A stretch of DNA of 64,000 bases from Spirochaetia bacterium (GCA_965140585.1 OZ223269.1:576001-640000), one strand, 5' to 3'; numbered from the stretch's first letter, positions 18,783-28,907 are shown. Notes: generated from the letters alone by a model not told the origin. Program-made: numbers and translations.

Positions 18783-20855
18783 ATGAAAGCTTTTAATGAT
18801 ACTGATACAAATATTAAACTTATGTCCTTTGATCTGGATGGAACTCTTATCGGAAAACCTGATGCAACGCTTAGATTCAAACTGACTTATGAAAAAATAC
18901 CCGAAGAGAAGCGTCCTCTGCTTTGTTATAATTCCGGAAGGCTTCTAAAAAGTACTCTTGACCTCATCGCGTCGAGTGATCTTCCGACGCCCGATTATTG
19001 TATATGCGGTGTTGGAACTCTTATTTATGATGCGGGTATCGAGACCGTCCTTAAGGAATTTAATAATACTCTCACAAGCGGCTGGGACAGCAAACTTGTT
19101 AAAGAAATCCTATCAACAGAAAGTGATCTCGGCTGTCAACCCGAAAAGTTCCAGGATGCTTTTAAATCATCCTGGTATATTCATGACGCTGGCAGGGAGC
19201 GGATAAATGAAATTAAGCAGATGCTTGAAAAAGCCGGTTTACGGGTAAATCTTGTTTATTCAAGTTCCAGAGACCTTGATGTACTTCCTGAATACGCTAA
19301 TAAGGGGAACGCTCTTAAGTGGCTTATGGAAAGCCTGAATATAAAAGGCGAAGAAGTAATAGTGGGGGGCGACACCGGTAATGACTCCTCGATGTTTTTT
19401 ATCCCTGATGTGAAGGGGATAGTTGTTGAAAACTCACAGCCGGAACTTTTCGCTGCTACGGTTGAACTTGATACTTATATTTCAATAGAAACAATTGCAG
19501 ACGGAATCCTTGATGGCCTGATGCATTACGGTGTGATTGAAGGAATAGAAGATGAAAGCGGATTTGATATAGAGCACAGGAAATATGCACCATCCATTCG
19601 CGGAGTTGTCCGTTCTGAAACATTTAATCAGCTTGATGATAACCAGGTTGATTACATTGAAACTGCTTATTCCAGAGCCGTTGATGCACTAAAAAAAAAT
19701 ATTACTCCGCACGGTTTTTCCGCATGTAGCCTCGAATATAATTCCTTTGAGGCTACTGATGCCAACTATAAAAGTATATGGGCCCGTGACGGAGCTATTA
19801 CAGTCATGAACTCATTGAGCCTTGAAGACGAAGAAATTGAACATGCGCAGCGCCGAACTCTGGATACCCTGCTTGAAAATGTTAAAAATTCCGGTCAGGT
19901 TCCAAGCAATGTACGTATTGATGATTTAACCCCGGACTATTCAGGAGTCGGCGGAATTGCCTCAATTGACAGCGGACTCTGGCTGGTAATTGCTTTTTAC
20001 CATTATATAAGGAAAGCCAGGGATTATACTTATCTTAGAGCATGGAAGGATGTGATATTTAAAATTCTGGACTGGCTCTGGGCTCATGATAGTAATGCCG
20101 ATGACCTTATTGAAGTTCCTGAAGCAGGCGACTGGATGGATCTCTTCGGTCGAAGCTACAATGTTCTGTATGATGAAGTGCTGTGGTTTTATTGTAATCT
20201 CTGTGCAGGCCGAATAGCAGAATTAACCGGCGATTATGAAAAAGCCGGTTACTATCTCAGAAAATCCCAGTCAATAAAACAGACCATCAACAGAAAATTC
20301 TGGCCGAGTATTCACAGCGATACTATAAAAACATTTGCTGACCAGCAGTATTCACTAGGTGATACCCAGTATCTTCTTGCAGAAATCACTCCTTTCGGTT
20401 TCGACTGGAGGTGTGACGTATATGCGAATATACTTGCCGCCCTATTCAATGTAATCTCGATGGAAAAGGCGAGAACAGCCTTCAGTTTTATGTGGGGTGT
20501 CGGAGTAAATGAACCCGCCCCTGTTGCAAACCTGTATCCACCTGTTAACGCAGGAGATCCCGGCTGGCGGCAGTATTATACAGTAAATCTGCTGAACCTT
20601 CCGCATCACTATCATAACGGCGGCGTATGGCCGTTTATCGGTTCATACTGGGTCCAATTCATCAGCAGCCTCGGTATGCGTAATCTCGCTCAAAATGAGC
20701 TTTACAGACTTGCTCAGGTAAACGAAAAGGGTGCCCGCTATGAATGGGAGTTCAATGAATGGGTGCATGGTCAGACCGGTCGGCCTATGGGAAAAGCCTT
20801 TCAGGCATGGTCAGCAGCCGGCTTTATCAGTGCCTATGACAGTCTTCATCATTAA
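18783..20855 (+). CDS. Fusion: HAD-IIB sucrose/mannosylfructose-phosphate phosphatase + GH100-like (alpha/alpha)6 glycoside hydrolase
   Basis: N-terminal FDLDGTL, NSGR, DVLP-xx-ANKGNAL, GDTGND; C-terminal WARDG, IDSGLW, VPEAGDWMD, YHNGGVWPF, QAWSAA. Confidence 0.82.
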   Translation: MKAFNDTDTNIKLMSFDLDGTLIGKPDATLRFKLTYEKIPEEKRPLLCYNSGRLLKSTLDLIASSDLPTPDYCICGVGTLIYDAGIETVLKEFNNTLTSGWDSKLVKEILSTESDLGCQPEKFQDAFKSSWYIHDAGRERINEIKQMLEKAGLRVNLVYSSSRDLDVLPEYANKGNALKWLMESLNIKGEEVIVGGDTGNDSSMFFIPDVKGIVVENSQPELFAATVELDTYISIETIADGILDGLMHYGVIEGIEDESGFDIEHRKYAPSIRGVVRSETFNQLDDNQVDYIETAYSRAVDALKKNITPHGFSACSLEYNSFEATDANYKSIWARDGAITVMNSLSLEDEEIEHAQRRTLDTLLENVKNSGQVPSNVRIDDLTPDYSGVGGIASIDSGLWLVIAFYHYIRKARDYTYLRAWKDVIFKILDWLWAHDSNADDLIEVPEAGDWMDLFGRSYNVLYDEVLWFYCNLCAGRIAELTGDYEKAGYYLRKSQSIKQTINRKFWPSIHSDTIKTFADQQYSLGDTQYLLAEITPFGFDWRCDVYANILAALFNVISMEKARTAFSFMWGVGVNEPAPVANLYPPVNAGDPGWRQYYTVNLLNLPHHYHNGGVWPFIGSYWVQFISSLGMRNLAQNELYRLAQVNEKGARYEWEFNEWVHGQTGRPMGKAFQAWSAAGFISAYDSLHH

Positions 20856-20961
20856 ACTGCATAAAAATGGCGTAAAAAAAGTCCCTCTGTATCCAGCGGG
20901 ACGATCTGCTTTTCATTTTGATCTATATTGCTTACTGAAATAAAAATTTCAGAGGTGATAT

Positions 20962-22404
20962 ATGAAAAAGTATAATGTTCAAATTATTATGATTGTACTG
21001 TCTTTATCGTTCATGCTTTTTCCTGCATGCGATGACAGTATCGATACAGCAGGATTGACTGATGAAACCGCAGATGCAACTGCGCCTGAAATGTTTTCGC
21101 TGGTAAGTCTTTCCACAACTGATAGTTCAATATCTTTTACATGGACAGATCCGGAGGCAGATGATTTTAATTACATTATGTATAATGTTTCCAGTGACAC
21201 TGATACATTCAGCGGAACAATAAGTGCCGGAGAAGAAAGTCTTGTTATCAGTGATCTTGCCGGCTATTACTACATTTACACCATCACTTTCAATACGGTA
21301 GATACTGAAGGCTATAAATCTGCTGATTATACTCTTTATATTTCACCATCACTTGACGGGGAAACAGATGAATACAGCATTATAACTACTGCAGATGAAC
21401 TGCTGAATATAAGCATCAATCCCGATGGTGCATATCTGCTTGCAAAAGATATTAATCTTGATAATGTAGAATGGACCCCCATTTGCTACAGCTCTGACCC
21501 TACTGCACTTGTTTTTTCAGGTTCTTTCAGCGGAAACGGGCATACTATATCAAATTTAAAAATTGATAAGGACATAGATGAACATTATAAGGGTCTTTTC
21601 TCCTATTCAACTGGTCATATATACAGATTAAATCTAACTGATGTAAATTTGAATGTGGGTTGCGGAAGCGGTTGTCTGACAGGCTGGAATATGGGCGTTA
21701 TTACAGATTGCAAAGTCTCAGGAAGTGTCGAAGGTCATATTGATATAGGTGGCTTAACAGGATATAACGAAGGTCTAATCATTCGCTGCAGTTCTGATAC
21801 AGCTGTAATCTCAAAAGCGCAGTGTGGAGGAGGTCTCGTCGGTAATAACCCCGGCAAGATTTATCGCAGCTTTTCAACCGGAAATGTCGAAGGATTGACA
21901 CAGATCGGAGGACTTGTAGGGCTATGTGATTCAGATATAAGTGAGATAACAGCCTGTTACGCAACCGGAAATGTTTCAGGAGACACTGATACCGGCGGAC
22001 TTGCTGGACTTGTATCAGCTGGAACAGTGACCGACAGCTATGCAATGGGAGCGGTTGAAGGAATTACCAATACAGGAGGTCTCATCGGTACTAATGTTTC
22101 AATAGTTCTATCCAACTGTTATTCAACAGGCTTTGTTTCAGGTTCTGCTTTTATTGGTGGGCTGGTAGGGCAAAACACCGGCATTGTGACAGCCTGTTTT
22201 TATGACGCTCAAACCTCTGGTTATATTGACGCAGGGGGTTCGGGTAACAGTTGGACTGATATCGGAATGTCAATGATTACTATTTTAATGCAAGATGAAA
22301 CTAACTTTATTGCCGAGGGCTGGGATTTTACTGAAAAATGGGCTAGCAATTCAGATATCAATAGTGGATATCCATACCTTATCCAGCTTTTAGATTCTTA
22401 TTAA
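20962..22404 (+). CDS. Surface lipoprotein with FN3-like segment and GLUG-motif repeats
   Basis: Lipobox FPAC; WTDP FN3-like segment; FSGNGHTISNL; repeated GGLVG/GGLTG motifs; INSGYPYL C-terminus. Confidence 0.8.
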   Translation: MKKYNVQIIMIVLSLSFMLFPACDDSIDTAGLTDETADATAPEMFSLVSLSTTDSSISFTWTDPEADDFNYIMYNVSSDTDTFSGTISAGEESLVISDLAGYYYIYTITFNTVDTEGYKSADYTLYISPSLDGETDEYSIITTADELLNISINPDGAYLLAKDINLDNVEWTPICYSSDPTALVFSGSFSGNGHTISNLKIDKDIDEHYKGLFSYSTGHIYRLNLTDVNLNVGCGSGCLTGWNMGVITDCKVSGSVEGHIDIGGLTGYNEGLIIRCSSDTAVISKAQCGGGLVGNNPGKIYRSFSTGNVEGLTQIGGLVGLCDSDISEITACYATGNVSGDTDTGGLAGLVSAGTVTDSYAMGAVEGITNTGGLIGTNVSIVLSNCYSTGFVSGSAFIGGLVGQNTGIVTACFYDAQTSGYIDAGGSGNSWTDIGMSMITILMQDETNFIAEGWDFTEKWASNSDINSGYPYLIQLLDSY

Positions 22405-22411
22405 GAAAAGA

Positions 22412-22440
22412 AGCCCTGTGAGCTGTTATATCACAGGGCT
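22412..22440. terminator. Stem-loop between convergent genes
   Basis: AGCCCTGTGA...TCACAGGGCT inverted repeat preceded by an A-rich run. Confidence 0.65.
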
Positions 22441-22497
22441 GAATTATTTGAAAAATATGAATTAAGAAACAACCTGCAATTGGACATTATGCAAATA

Positions 22498-23598
22498 CTA
22501 TCTATCTACCCGTGCGTTTCCACCGCCTGCAAGTTTTTCTACTTCTTTAAGCGATGCCATAGAGGTATCTCCGGGGGTTGTCATTGCAAGTGCACCATGT
22601 GCGGCTCCGTAGTTCACGCACTTCTCAGGATCAAATCCCTGGAGGAAACCGTAGACAAGTCCGGATGCAAATGAGTCTCCGCCGCCGACCCTGTCATATA
22701 TTTCAAGTGCCGGTCTCTCAATTGAATAGTAAAACTCATCATCAGTATATAGAACCGCACTCCAGTCGTTCACCGTGGCGGATTTTACATCCCTGAGAGT
22801 TGTGGCTATAGCACAGAAATTGGGATATTCGGATGCGACTGTTCTCATCATGTCCTTGTAGTTCTCAATATCAAGGCCCTTAAATCCTTTCTCTGCGCTT
22901 TTAAGTTCAAAGCCGAGTGCTGCTGAAAAGTCTTCTTCATTTCCTATCATTACATCAACATATTTTGCAATTTCACGGTTAATTTCCTGAGCCTTCTGCT
23001 GCCCTCCGTTTGCTTTCCACAGGGACGGACGGTAGTTGAGGTCATAACTTACTACAGTCCCGGCAGCCTTTGCGGCCTTCATTGCTTCTATTGTGAGCTC
23101 AGCAGCATCCTCGGAAAGGGCGGCATAGATTCCTCCGGTATGAAACCATCTTACGCCTTCTTTATTAAAAAGCGCACTCCAGTCTATGTCGCCGGCCTTA
23201 ATCGAAGAGGCCGCGGTATGAGCTCTGTCTGACACTCCCAACGCACCACGAACACCGAAACCCTTTTCCACAAAGTTAAGTCCCTGACGGTAGTTTATTC
23301 CCATACCGTCGTAGGGGAAGGTCTTCGAATATGAATAATCAACGCCGCCCTGACAGATAAGGTCTTCAAGCAGAAGTCCCAGATCGTTATCAGGTATACC
23401 TGTTACCACTGTAGTTCTAAGTTTGAAGCATTTATGAAGTCCACGGATTACATTGTATTCGCCTCCGCCTTCCCATACTCTGAATTCCCGGGTGTTTCGA
23501 ATTCTTCCATCACCGGGATCAAATCTAAGCATTATTTCACCGAGAGCTGCTGCGTCCCAGCGGCATTCAGAGGCTGGTTTTATATTCAGTTTGTTCAT
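22498..23598 (-). CDS. kdgK: PfkB family sugar kinase, 2-dehydro-3-deoxygluconokinase
   Basis: LGEIMLRFDPG, GGGEYNV, YDLNYRPSLW, GNEED, DRVGGGDSF, GAAHGAL; ATG 23598 after AGGAG. Confidence 0.85.
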   Translation of the reverse strand: MNKLNIKPASECRWDAAALGEIMLRFDPGDGRIRNTREFRVWEGGGEYNVIRGLHKCFKLRTTVVTGIPDNDLGLLLEDLICQGGVDYSYSKTFPYDGMGINYRQGLNFVEKGFGVRGALGVSDRAHTAASSIKAGDIDWSALFNKEGVRWFHTGGIYAALSEDAAELTIEAMKAAKAAGTVVSYDLNYRPSLWKANGGQQKAQEINREIAKYVDVMIGNEEDFSAALGFELKSAEKGFKGLDIENYKDMMRTVASEYPNFCAIATTLRDVKSATVNDWSAVLYTDDEFYYSIERPALEIYDRVGGGDSFASGLVYGFLQGFDPEKCVNYGAAHGALAMTTPGDTSMASLKEVEKLAGGGNARVDR

Positions 23599-23641
23599 AA
23601 AAACTCCTGTGTAATTATTTTTCTTCTGGTTTATTAAAATC

Positions 23642-23670
23642 AGTATAAAATCGGAGGCTTTAGCTGTCAA
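23642..23670 (-). promoter_or_regulatory. sigma70-type promoter for kdgK
   Basis: Minus strand TTGACA-17 bp-TATACT. Confidence 0.7.
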
Positions 23671-23715
23671 TTAGACTTGTTTTTAAAAGGTTCATAATGT
23701 AAACTAAAGTTTCAT

Positions 23716-24480
23716 ATGGCGGAACAAAGAAATGAATCATCAGTACAGTCAATTTCACGCGCCTTCGATATTCTGGAGGCTCTTTCTCTTGAAAGAAAAG
23801 GTCTTCGGCTTACTGAGCTATCTGAGCAACTCGAACTTCATAAATCAACCGTATACCGGATACTGAAATCACTTATCGATCGCGGGTATGTCGAGAAGTC
23901 CGATAAATATTACAGGCTTGGACTGGGCTTTATAATGCTTTCAAGTCATCTGCTAAACAGCATCGAACTCAAGACCGAGGCTGAACCATATTTACGGCAG
24001 CTGTCAGATCTAACCGGCCAGACAGTTTTTCTGGCTGTACGTGAAGAAACCGAAGTGGTTTACATAGATAAGGTTGAGCAGTTTAACAGTCTCAGGCGTT
24101 ATTCGATAATAGGAAAGCGTATTCCAATTTACTGTACATCACTTGGCAGATCACTTCTTTTTGATGAAGATGAAGAAAGCCTTGATAACCTGCTTAACAT
24201 TATAGAAATAAAAAAAGTTACACGAAAAACAGAAACCGATCCGATTCGTCTGCAGCATAAAATCAGACGCATGAAAAAACGCGGATGGTCCGAGGATATT
24301 GAGGAGCATCAGAGCGGCGTTCGCTGTGTGGGGGCACCTGTCTATGACTACCGTAATAAAATAATAGCCGCAATCAGTACGGCCTGGAATGTCAGTAAAA
24401 CAGAGGCTGACCCCGATTTCATCGGCAGGGCGGTAAAGCAGACTGCCGAAGAAATATCAAGGCGCCTTGGGAAGATCTGA
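23716..24480 (+). CDS. IclR family transcriptional regulator (KdgR-like, divergent from kdgK)
   Basis: VQSISRAFDILE, LHKSTVYR HTH, CTSLGR, GVRCVGAPV. Confidence 0.9.
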   Translation: MAEQRNESSVQSISRAFDILEALSLERKGLRLTELSEQLELHKSTVYRILKSLIDRGYVEKSDKYYRLGLGFIMLSSHLLNSIELKTEAEPYLRQLSDLTGQTVFLAVREETEVVYIDKVEQFNSLRRYSIIGKRIPIYCTSLGRSLLFDEDEESLDNLLNIIEIKKVTRKTETDPIRLQHKIRRMKKRGWSEDIEEHQSGVRCVGAPVYDYRNKIIAAISTAWNVSKTEADPDFIGRAVKQTAEEISRRLGKI

Positions 24481-24503
24481 TACAAGGAACACAAGAAAAT
24501 TTT

Positions 24504-25511
24504 ATGATAATTTATAATGAAAAAGCAAAAATAAGCTATATTAAATATGGAATTGAAATTCCCTCTCTCGACAGCAGAATGAGCCGTACCATAGAGAGTC
24601 TTCAGGCTGAACCTCGTTTTGAATCAATGCGTGAACAATGGCTGATTGAAGAAATTCCGGAAGGAATTGGAAAAGAAGACCTTCTCCGCGTACATAGTGC
24701 AGACTATGTGGAAGGACTGTATGACATCAGGCTCGAACAGCGTCTTATGGAAGCTTATGAGCTTCTTGATTCTGAAGGAAATTACAACCGGTATAATCCT
24801 GCCAATGCTCAAAAACCGCTAAGCGTAATGCGTGACGATATTCTAAAGGTGATCTCAGGTTCATACTTAGCGGTAAATACCGCAGTTTCAAAAGGTTTCT
24901 GTTATTTTTTAGGCGGAGGCATGCATCATGGTCACCCCGATTTCGGACATGGTTTCTGCCCTGTAAATGATGTAGCTGCGGCGGCTGCAAAGGCCCGCTT
25001 TGAAGGCCTGGCTGATGTAATATGGATTATTGATACAGATGCTCACAGGGGTGACGGCACTGCAGATATTTTTTCGAGCACTCCTGAAGTAAAGACTATG
25101 AGTATTCATATGGCAAATGGATGGCCCCTGGACGGAAAAAAATACCTGGGTAACGGGCAATTAAACCCTGCCTGGATTCCCGGCGATGTTGATATTCCAA
25201 TAGAGAAGCGTAAGGAGGACCATTATATTCCACGGCTTCTGGAAGGTCTTGAATCGCTTGAGAAATCCGGCCTTCCGGATCTTGCAATTGTTGTGGCAGG
25301 TGTGGATCCCTTCGAAAAGGATGAGCTGCCTTCATCAGCACTGCTGGCGCTTACAAAAGAGCAGCTCTTATACCGTGACCGGGCTGTGTATCAGTTTCTT
25401 GAGAAACGTAATATCAAATCAGCCTGGCTTGCTGCCGGAGGTTATGGTAGCTCCTCATGGGAGATTCACTCCGGATTTCTTAAATGGGTTTTAGAGCAAA
25501 GACTTTCTTAA
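24504..25511 (+). CDS. Zn-dependent histone-deacetylase family hydrolase
   Basis: GGGMHH, GFCPVND, DTDAHRGDG, AGVDP, GGY. Confidence 0.9.
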   Translation: MIIYNEKAKISYIKYGIEIPSLDSRMSRTIESLQAEPRFESMREQWLIEEIPEGIGKEDLLRVHSADYVEGLYDIRLEQRLMEAYELLDSEGNYNRYNPANAQKPLSVMRDDILKVISGSYLAVNTAVSKGFCYFLGGGMHHGHPDFGHGFCPVNDVAAAAAKARFEGLADVIWIIDTDAHRGDGTADIFSSTPEVKTMSIHMANGWPLDGKKYLGNGQLNPAWIPGDVDIPIEKRKEDHYIPRLLEGLESLEKSGLPDLAIVVAGVDPFEKDELPSSALLALTKEQLLYRDRAVYQFLEKRNIKSAWLAAGGYGSSSWEIHSGFLKWVLEQRLS

Positions 25512-25524
25512 ATAATCAGTGCAA

Positions 25525-25932
25525 TTAATCCTGCTTTGACGTGTCTTTCTCAAGTTCGGCTATTCTGCTGTTCACATTTTCAATGTACTGCTTCATGTCT
25601 TCTGCCTGACGTTTTAACATTTTAAGCTCATCAGCTTCGCCGATGGTGTAGGGCTGCGGCAGTACAGCTCCGTATGCCCGATAGTCGTTCTGTTCGAATC
25701 TAAAGCCGCGTGCTCCACGCCCGCCTCTGCCTCTTCCGCAGTTCCATCCTTTTGCCGTTCTTCCATAACCGCGACCTATTCCTTCGCCGCGGCCATTTCC
25801 GAATCCTGCACCTCTTCTGCCGCCAAATGAATCGCTCATATATCCGGGTGCTTCATTTCCTGCACAGAAACCCATTCCTCTTCCTGTCATTGGACCACTT
25901 CCTTCAGGTCCTCTACGATCGCCTCTTGGCAT
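25525..25932 (-). CDS. DUF5320-like Gly/Arg-rich protein with C-terminal coiled coil
   Basis: MPRGDRRGPEGSGPMTGRGMGFCAG start (ATG 25932 after GGAGG); ELKMLKRQAEDM...RIAELE tail. Confidence 0.8.
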   Translation of the reverse strand: MPRGDRRGPEGSGPMTGRGMGFCAGNEAPGYMSDSFGGRRGAGFGNGRGEGIGRGYGRTAKGWNCGRGRGGRGARGFRFEQNDYRAYGAVLPQPYTIGEADELKMLKRQAEDMKQYIENVNSRIAELEKDTSKQD

Positions 25933-25999
25933 ATTATACCTCCGTATAAATTTTGATATTTTGAAATTGATAACCATTATCATTAAGAATATAAAAAAA

Positions 26000-26470
26000 C
26001 TATTTTTTACATTCAGGACAGGTTCCATAAAACCTGATAATATGGCTGTCAATATCGAATCCGTATCTGGACTGAAGTCCATCTTCAGCCTTGCCTACAT
26101 ACAGTTTTTCATCCTCATTAAAGTCGGTGTAATCGACTATTTTTCCGCATTTTCTGCATATGAGGTGATGGTGATGAGGTTTACTGCTGAACTCTTCTGT
26201 CAATTCAAATTTTGCCCTTCCATCGCCGAAGTCAAATTTGTTCACGATACCGTTCTGCTGAAGAAGCTCAAGACTGCGGTAAACTGTTGTCAGTCCGACA
26301 GAAGGATTTTCTTCACGTGCCGTAAAATAGATTTCTTCCGCGCTCAAATGCGAATCAGTATCTGAAAGTATTTCAAGAATCAATTCTCTTGCTGCAGTAA
26401 CTCTGAATCCCCTGCATTCAAGCTGCTGGCCCCATCTGCGGCCTCTGCCGTGTCCATGTCTCATCATCAT
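26000..26470 (-). CDS. Fur family transcriptional regulator
   Basis: HLSAEEIY, GLTTVYRSL, HHHHLICRKCG, YGTCPEC. Confidence 0.92.
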   Translation of the reverse strand: MMMRHGHGRGRRWGQQLECRGFRVTAARELILEILSDTDSHLSAEEIYFTAREENPSVGLTTVYRSLELLQQNGIVNKFDFGDGRAKFELTEEFSSKPHHHHLICRKCGKIVDYTDFNEDEKLYVGKAEDGLQSRYGFDIDSHIIRFYGTCPECKK

Positions 26471-26475
26471 TTCCT

Positions 26476-26504
26476 TTAATGAAAATGAAAATCATTTTCA
26501 TTAA
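26476..26504. promoter_or_regulatory. Fur box at the start of the Fur-family gene (autoregulatory site)
   Basis: Perfect 13-3-13 palindrome TTAATGAAAATGA-AAA-TCATTTTCATTAA; inner 19-mer matches E. coli GATAATGATAATCATTATC at 16/19. Confidence 0.8.
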
Positions 26505-26537
26505 TAAGTTAACATTATTATTCAATATGGTCAAGAT

Positions 26538-26572
26538 AAAAAAGGGCTGCAGAAAAATATTTACTGCAGCCC
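26538..26572 (-). terminator. Rho-independent terminator of hydA
   Basis: GGGCTGCAG...CTGCAGCCC stem followed by T6 on the minus strand. Confidence 0.7.
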
Positions 26573-26625
26573 AAAAAAGGAGCCTTTAGCAATACAGCGG
26601 TTATGCTGTCAATTCCCTATGTAAT

Positions 26626-28005
26626 TTATCTGGTTTCTCGTCTGAGTAATTTGCCCCATCCTTTTTCTCCGGTAAAAGAACCTTCTTTTACCTGAACCTT
26701 ACCCCTGACTGTAACAAGTTCGGGAGCTCCGTCACGTTCCATTCCTTCAAAACCGTTGTAATCAACATTCATGCTCTGAGTTTTAACACTGAAAACTCCC
26801 TTTGCATCAGGATTATAAACAACAATATCTGCATCAGAGCCCGGTCTAAGAGTTCCTTTCCTTGGATATAAACCGAAAAACTTTGCTGCATTTGTAGAAC
26901 CAACTTCGACAAAACGTTCAAGAGACATATTTCCTCTTGAAACACCGTAGGTATAGAGAAGGTTGATTCGATCTTCAATTGCAGGTATTCCGTTTGGAAT
27001 TTTTGTAAAATCCTTTTCACCCATAATCTTCTGAGTTGTATAATCAAAGGGGGCGTGGTCGGTGGCTACAGTATCCACGAGCCCGGTATTAAGTCCGTTC
27101 CAAAGTGCGGCCTGATCCGATTTTCCTCGAAGCGGAGGACTCATAATATATTTTGAACCTTCAAAGCCGGGACGTTCAGGATAGCTTCGGTCCAAAATCA
27201 GGTGAGGAATTACTGCTTCAACTCCAAGTTTTACTCCGCGATGCCGTGCTTTCATTGCTTCTTTAAGCGCTTTTTCATTGGATAGGTGAACAACATATCC
27301 TTCAGCTCCTGTCAGCTCAAGGAAGGTTGCAAAATGATTTACTCCTGAGGCTTCAACATAGTCGGGGCGGCTGGGTTCATGATATTCAGGTCCTGTTTTA
27401 CCTTCTGCAAGCAGTCTTGCCTGCATCTGCGCTACAACCTCTGCATTCTCTGTATGTGCAGTGGTAATAATTCCATGCTTTGCTGCATATGTGAGCAGTT
27501 TGAAAAGTTCATCATCATAAACGCCAAAGAAATCCTTGTAGGCAAGAAATATTTTGAATGATGTAGTTCCGTCTGCAATGATCTTGTCAAGCTGAGCATC
27601 CGTTTTACCATCTTCCCATTTGGGAACAGCCATGTGAAATGTGTAATCACAGTAGGCATTATCTGCTGCCTTCTGTTTCCATTCCTCATAACCATCTACA
27701 AGATCCATAGTTCTGTTTGGACAGCACATTTCTATGAAGGAGGTTGTTCCTCCCATCAGAGCTGCTTTTGAACCTGTTGTATGAGTATCCTTGGCAAATG
27801 TGCCCATGAAGGGGAGGTGTATGTGTACATGCGGATCTATAAAACCCGGGAACACGTATTTCCCTTCTGCATCGAATACTTCAGTCCCGGGTGCAGTTTC
27901 CAAATCTTTACCTATTCTGGTTACGGTATCATTTTCGCAGTATATGTCAGCCTTTCTTCTTCCATCGTGTTCTATTATTGTTCCATTCTTTATTAAAAGT
28001 CCCAT
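26626..28005 (-). CDS. hydA: Dihydropyrimidinase (D-hydantoinase)
   Basis: PGFIDPHVH, GGTT, SFKIFLAYK, HTEN, YVVHLS, MSPPLR, TDHAPF, IPNG, GSDADIV. Confidence 0.93.
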   Translation of the reverse strand: MGLLIKNGTIIEHDGRRKADIYCENDTVTRIGKDLETAPGTEVFDAEGKYVFPGFIDPHVHIHLPFMGTFAKDTHTTGSKAALMGGTTSFIEMCCPNRTMDLVDGYEEWKQKAADNAYCDYTFHMAVPKWEDGKTDAQLDKIIADGTTSFKIFLAYKDFFGVYDDELFKLLTYAAKHGIITTAHTENAEVVAQMQARLLAEGKTGPEYHEPSRPDYVEASGVNHFATFLELTGAEGYVVHLSNEKALKEAMKARHRGVKLGVEAVIPHLILDRSYPERPGFEGSKYIMSPPLRGKSDQAALWNGLNTGLVDTVATDHAPFDYTTQKIMGEKDFTKIPNGIPAIEDRINLLYTYGVSRGNMSLERFVEVGSTNAAKFFGLYPRKGTLRPGSDADIVVYNPDAKGVFSVKTQSMNVDYNGFEGMERDGAPELVTVRGKVQVKEGSFTGEKGWGKLLRRETR

Positions 28006-28136
28006 AATCTCTCCTTACATTCAATCAATAGTTATACACTACTAAAAAAGTAAGCTATAACTAATATTATAATAATACTAAGGTATATATCAGTCAAATG
28101 AAATGTGGCTGATTGTGAAATATTCTGTTATGATTA

Positions 28137-28850
28137 GTGATTATGAATGTATTACGTGCAATATGGATGGCGTTTGCTGCTTTTAATTTATTTATACAGC
28201 TGATGTATTTCTTTCGGGATTCGAGTCTTATTCTTTTTAATGTAAAGAAGATCTCGACGCCTGTATTATTATTCGGTGGATTTCTAATCGTTATTGCTGA
28301 ATACGGCAGTTTTCAGGTAATCCCCTGCATAATATTTCTTGCTATGGGCCTTGGTGAGATAGGTATAGAAGGTTCGAGCGTGGTTGAGACGCATGAGGGT
28401 GAAAGTGCAGGCGCAGGTGGTTCGGTAATTGTTATGATTGCAGCAATTCTGTTCCTGCTTGTTAATATTTTTATCGGCATGGTATTACTGGTGCAGAACG
28501 GCTGGTCAAGGTTTGCTGTATCAATTGGATTTTCTATACTTTTAATCGGAATGATGCTTGTTATAAGTATCAGGATTTTTAAACCGGGCGGTGAACTGAG
28601 AAATCAAATGCTAATATATTCTGCAGGTCTTGTGATTCTTTTATCGGGGGTTCTTTCTGATGCAGTCGGAGGCTTATCAAATCTGGGCCGGGCAGGGCTT
28701 ATTCTGAGTATTTCCGATTCACTTGTTCTTATCCGGATGGGTGCAGAATTTGATAAGAAAAGCAGGGCAGGTTTCAGCATACTGCTTTCATTTCTGATTA
28801 TCATACTGTTTTTATACTATTTATACATGTGGACTTTGATTAATTATTAG
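28137..28850 (+). CDS. Multi-pass membrane protein, possibly YhhN/TMEM86-like
   Basis: About 8 hydrophobic segments; GLILSISDSL and LYY resemble YhhN C-terminal motifs; start GTG 28137 or ATG 28143. Confidence 0.5.
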   Translation: MIMNVLRAIWMAFAAFNLFIQLMYFFRDSSLILFNVKKISTPVLLFGGFLIVIAEYGSFQVIPCIIFLAMGLGEIGIEGSSVVETHEGESAGAGGSVIVMIAAILFLLVNIFIGMVLLVQNGWSRFAVSIGFSILLIGMMLVISIRIFKPGGELRNQMLIYSAGLVILLSGVLSDAVGGLSNLGRAGLILSISDSLVLIRMGAEFDKKSRAGFSILLSFLIIILFLYYLYMWTLINY

Positions 28851-28870
28851 ATGTATAAATTTAAAAGAAC

Positions 28871-28900
28871 CGGCTGTACAGGTTTAACAAAGTACAGCCG
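28871..28900. terminator. Bidirectional terminator between convergent genes
   Basis: CGGCTGTAC...GTACAGCCG stem with flanking A/T runs. Confidence 0.65.
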
Positions 28901-28907
28901 TTTTCCA

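Noticed and set aside
21650-22200. Repeated GGLxG units
   Set aside because: Protein-level GLUG repeats with divergent DNA; not a DNA repeat element.
26626-28005. hydA as part of the 1-16.7 kb catabolic cluster
   Set aside because: 10 kb away, opposite strand, own terminator and no shared motif seen; a link cannot be supported from sequence.
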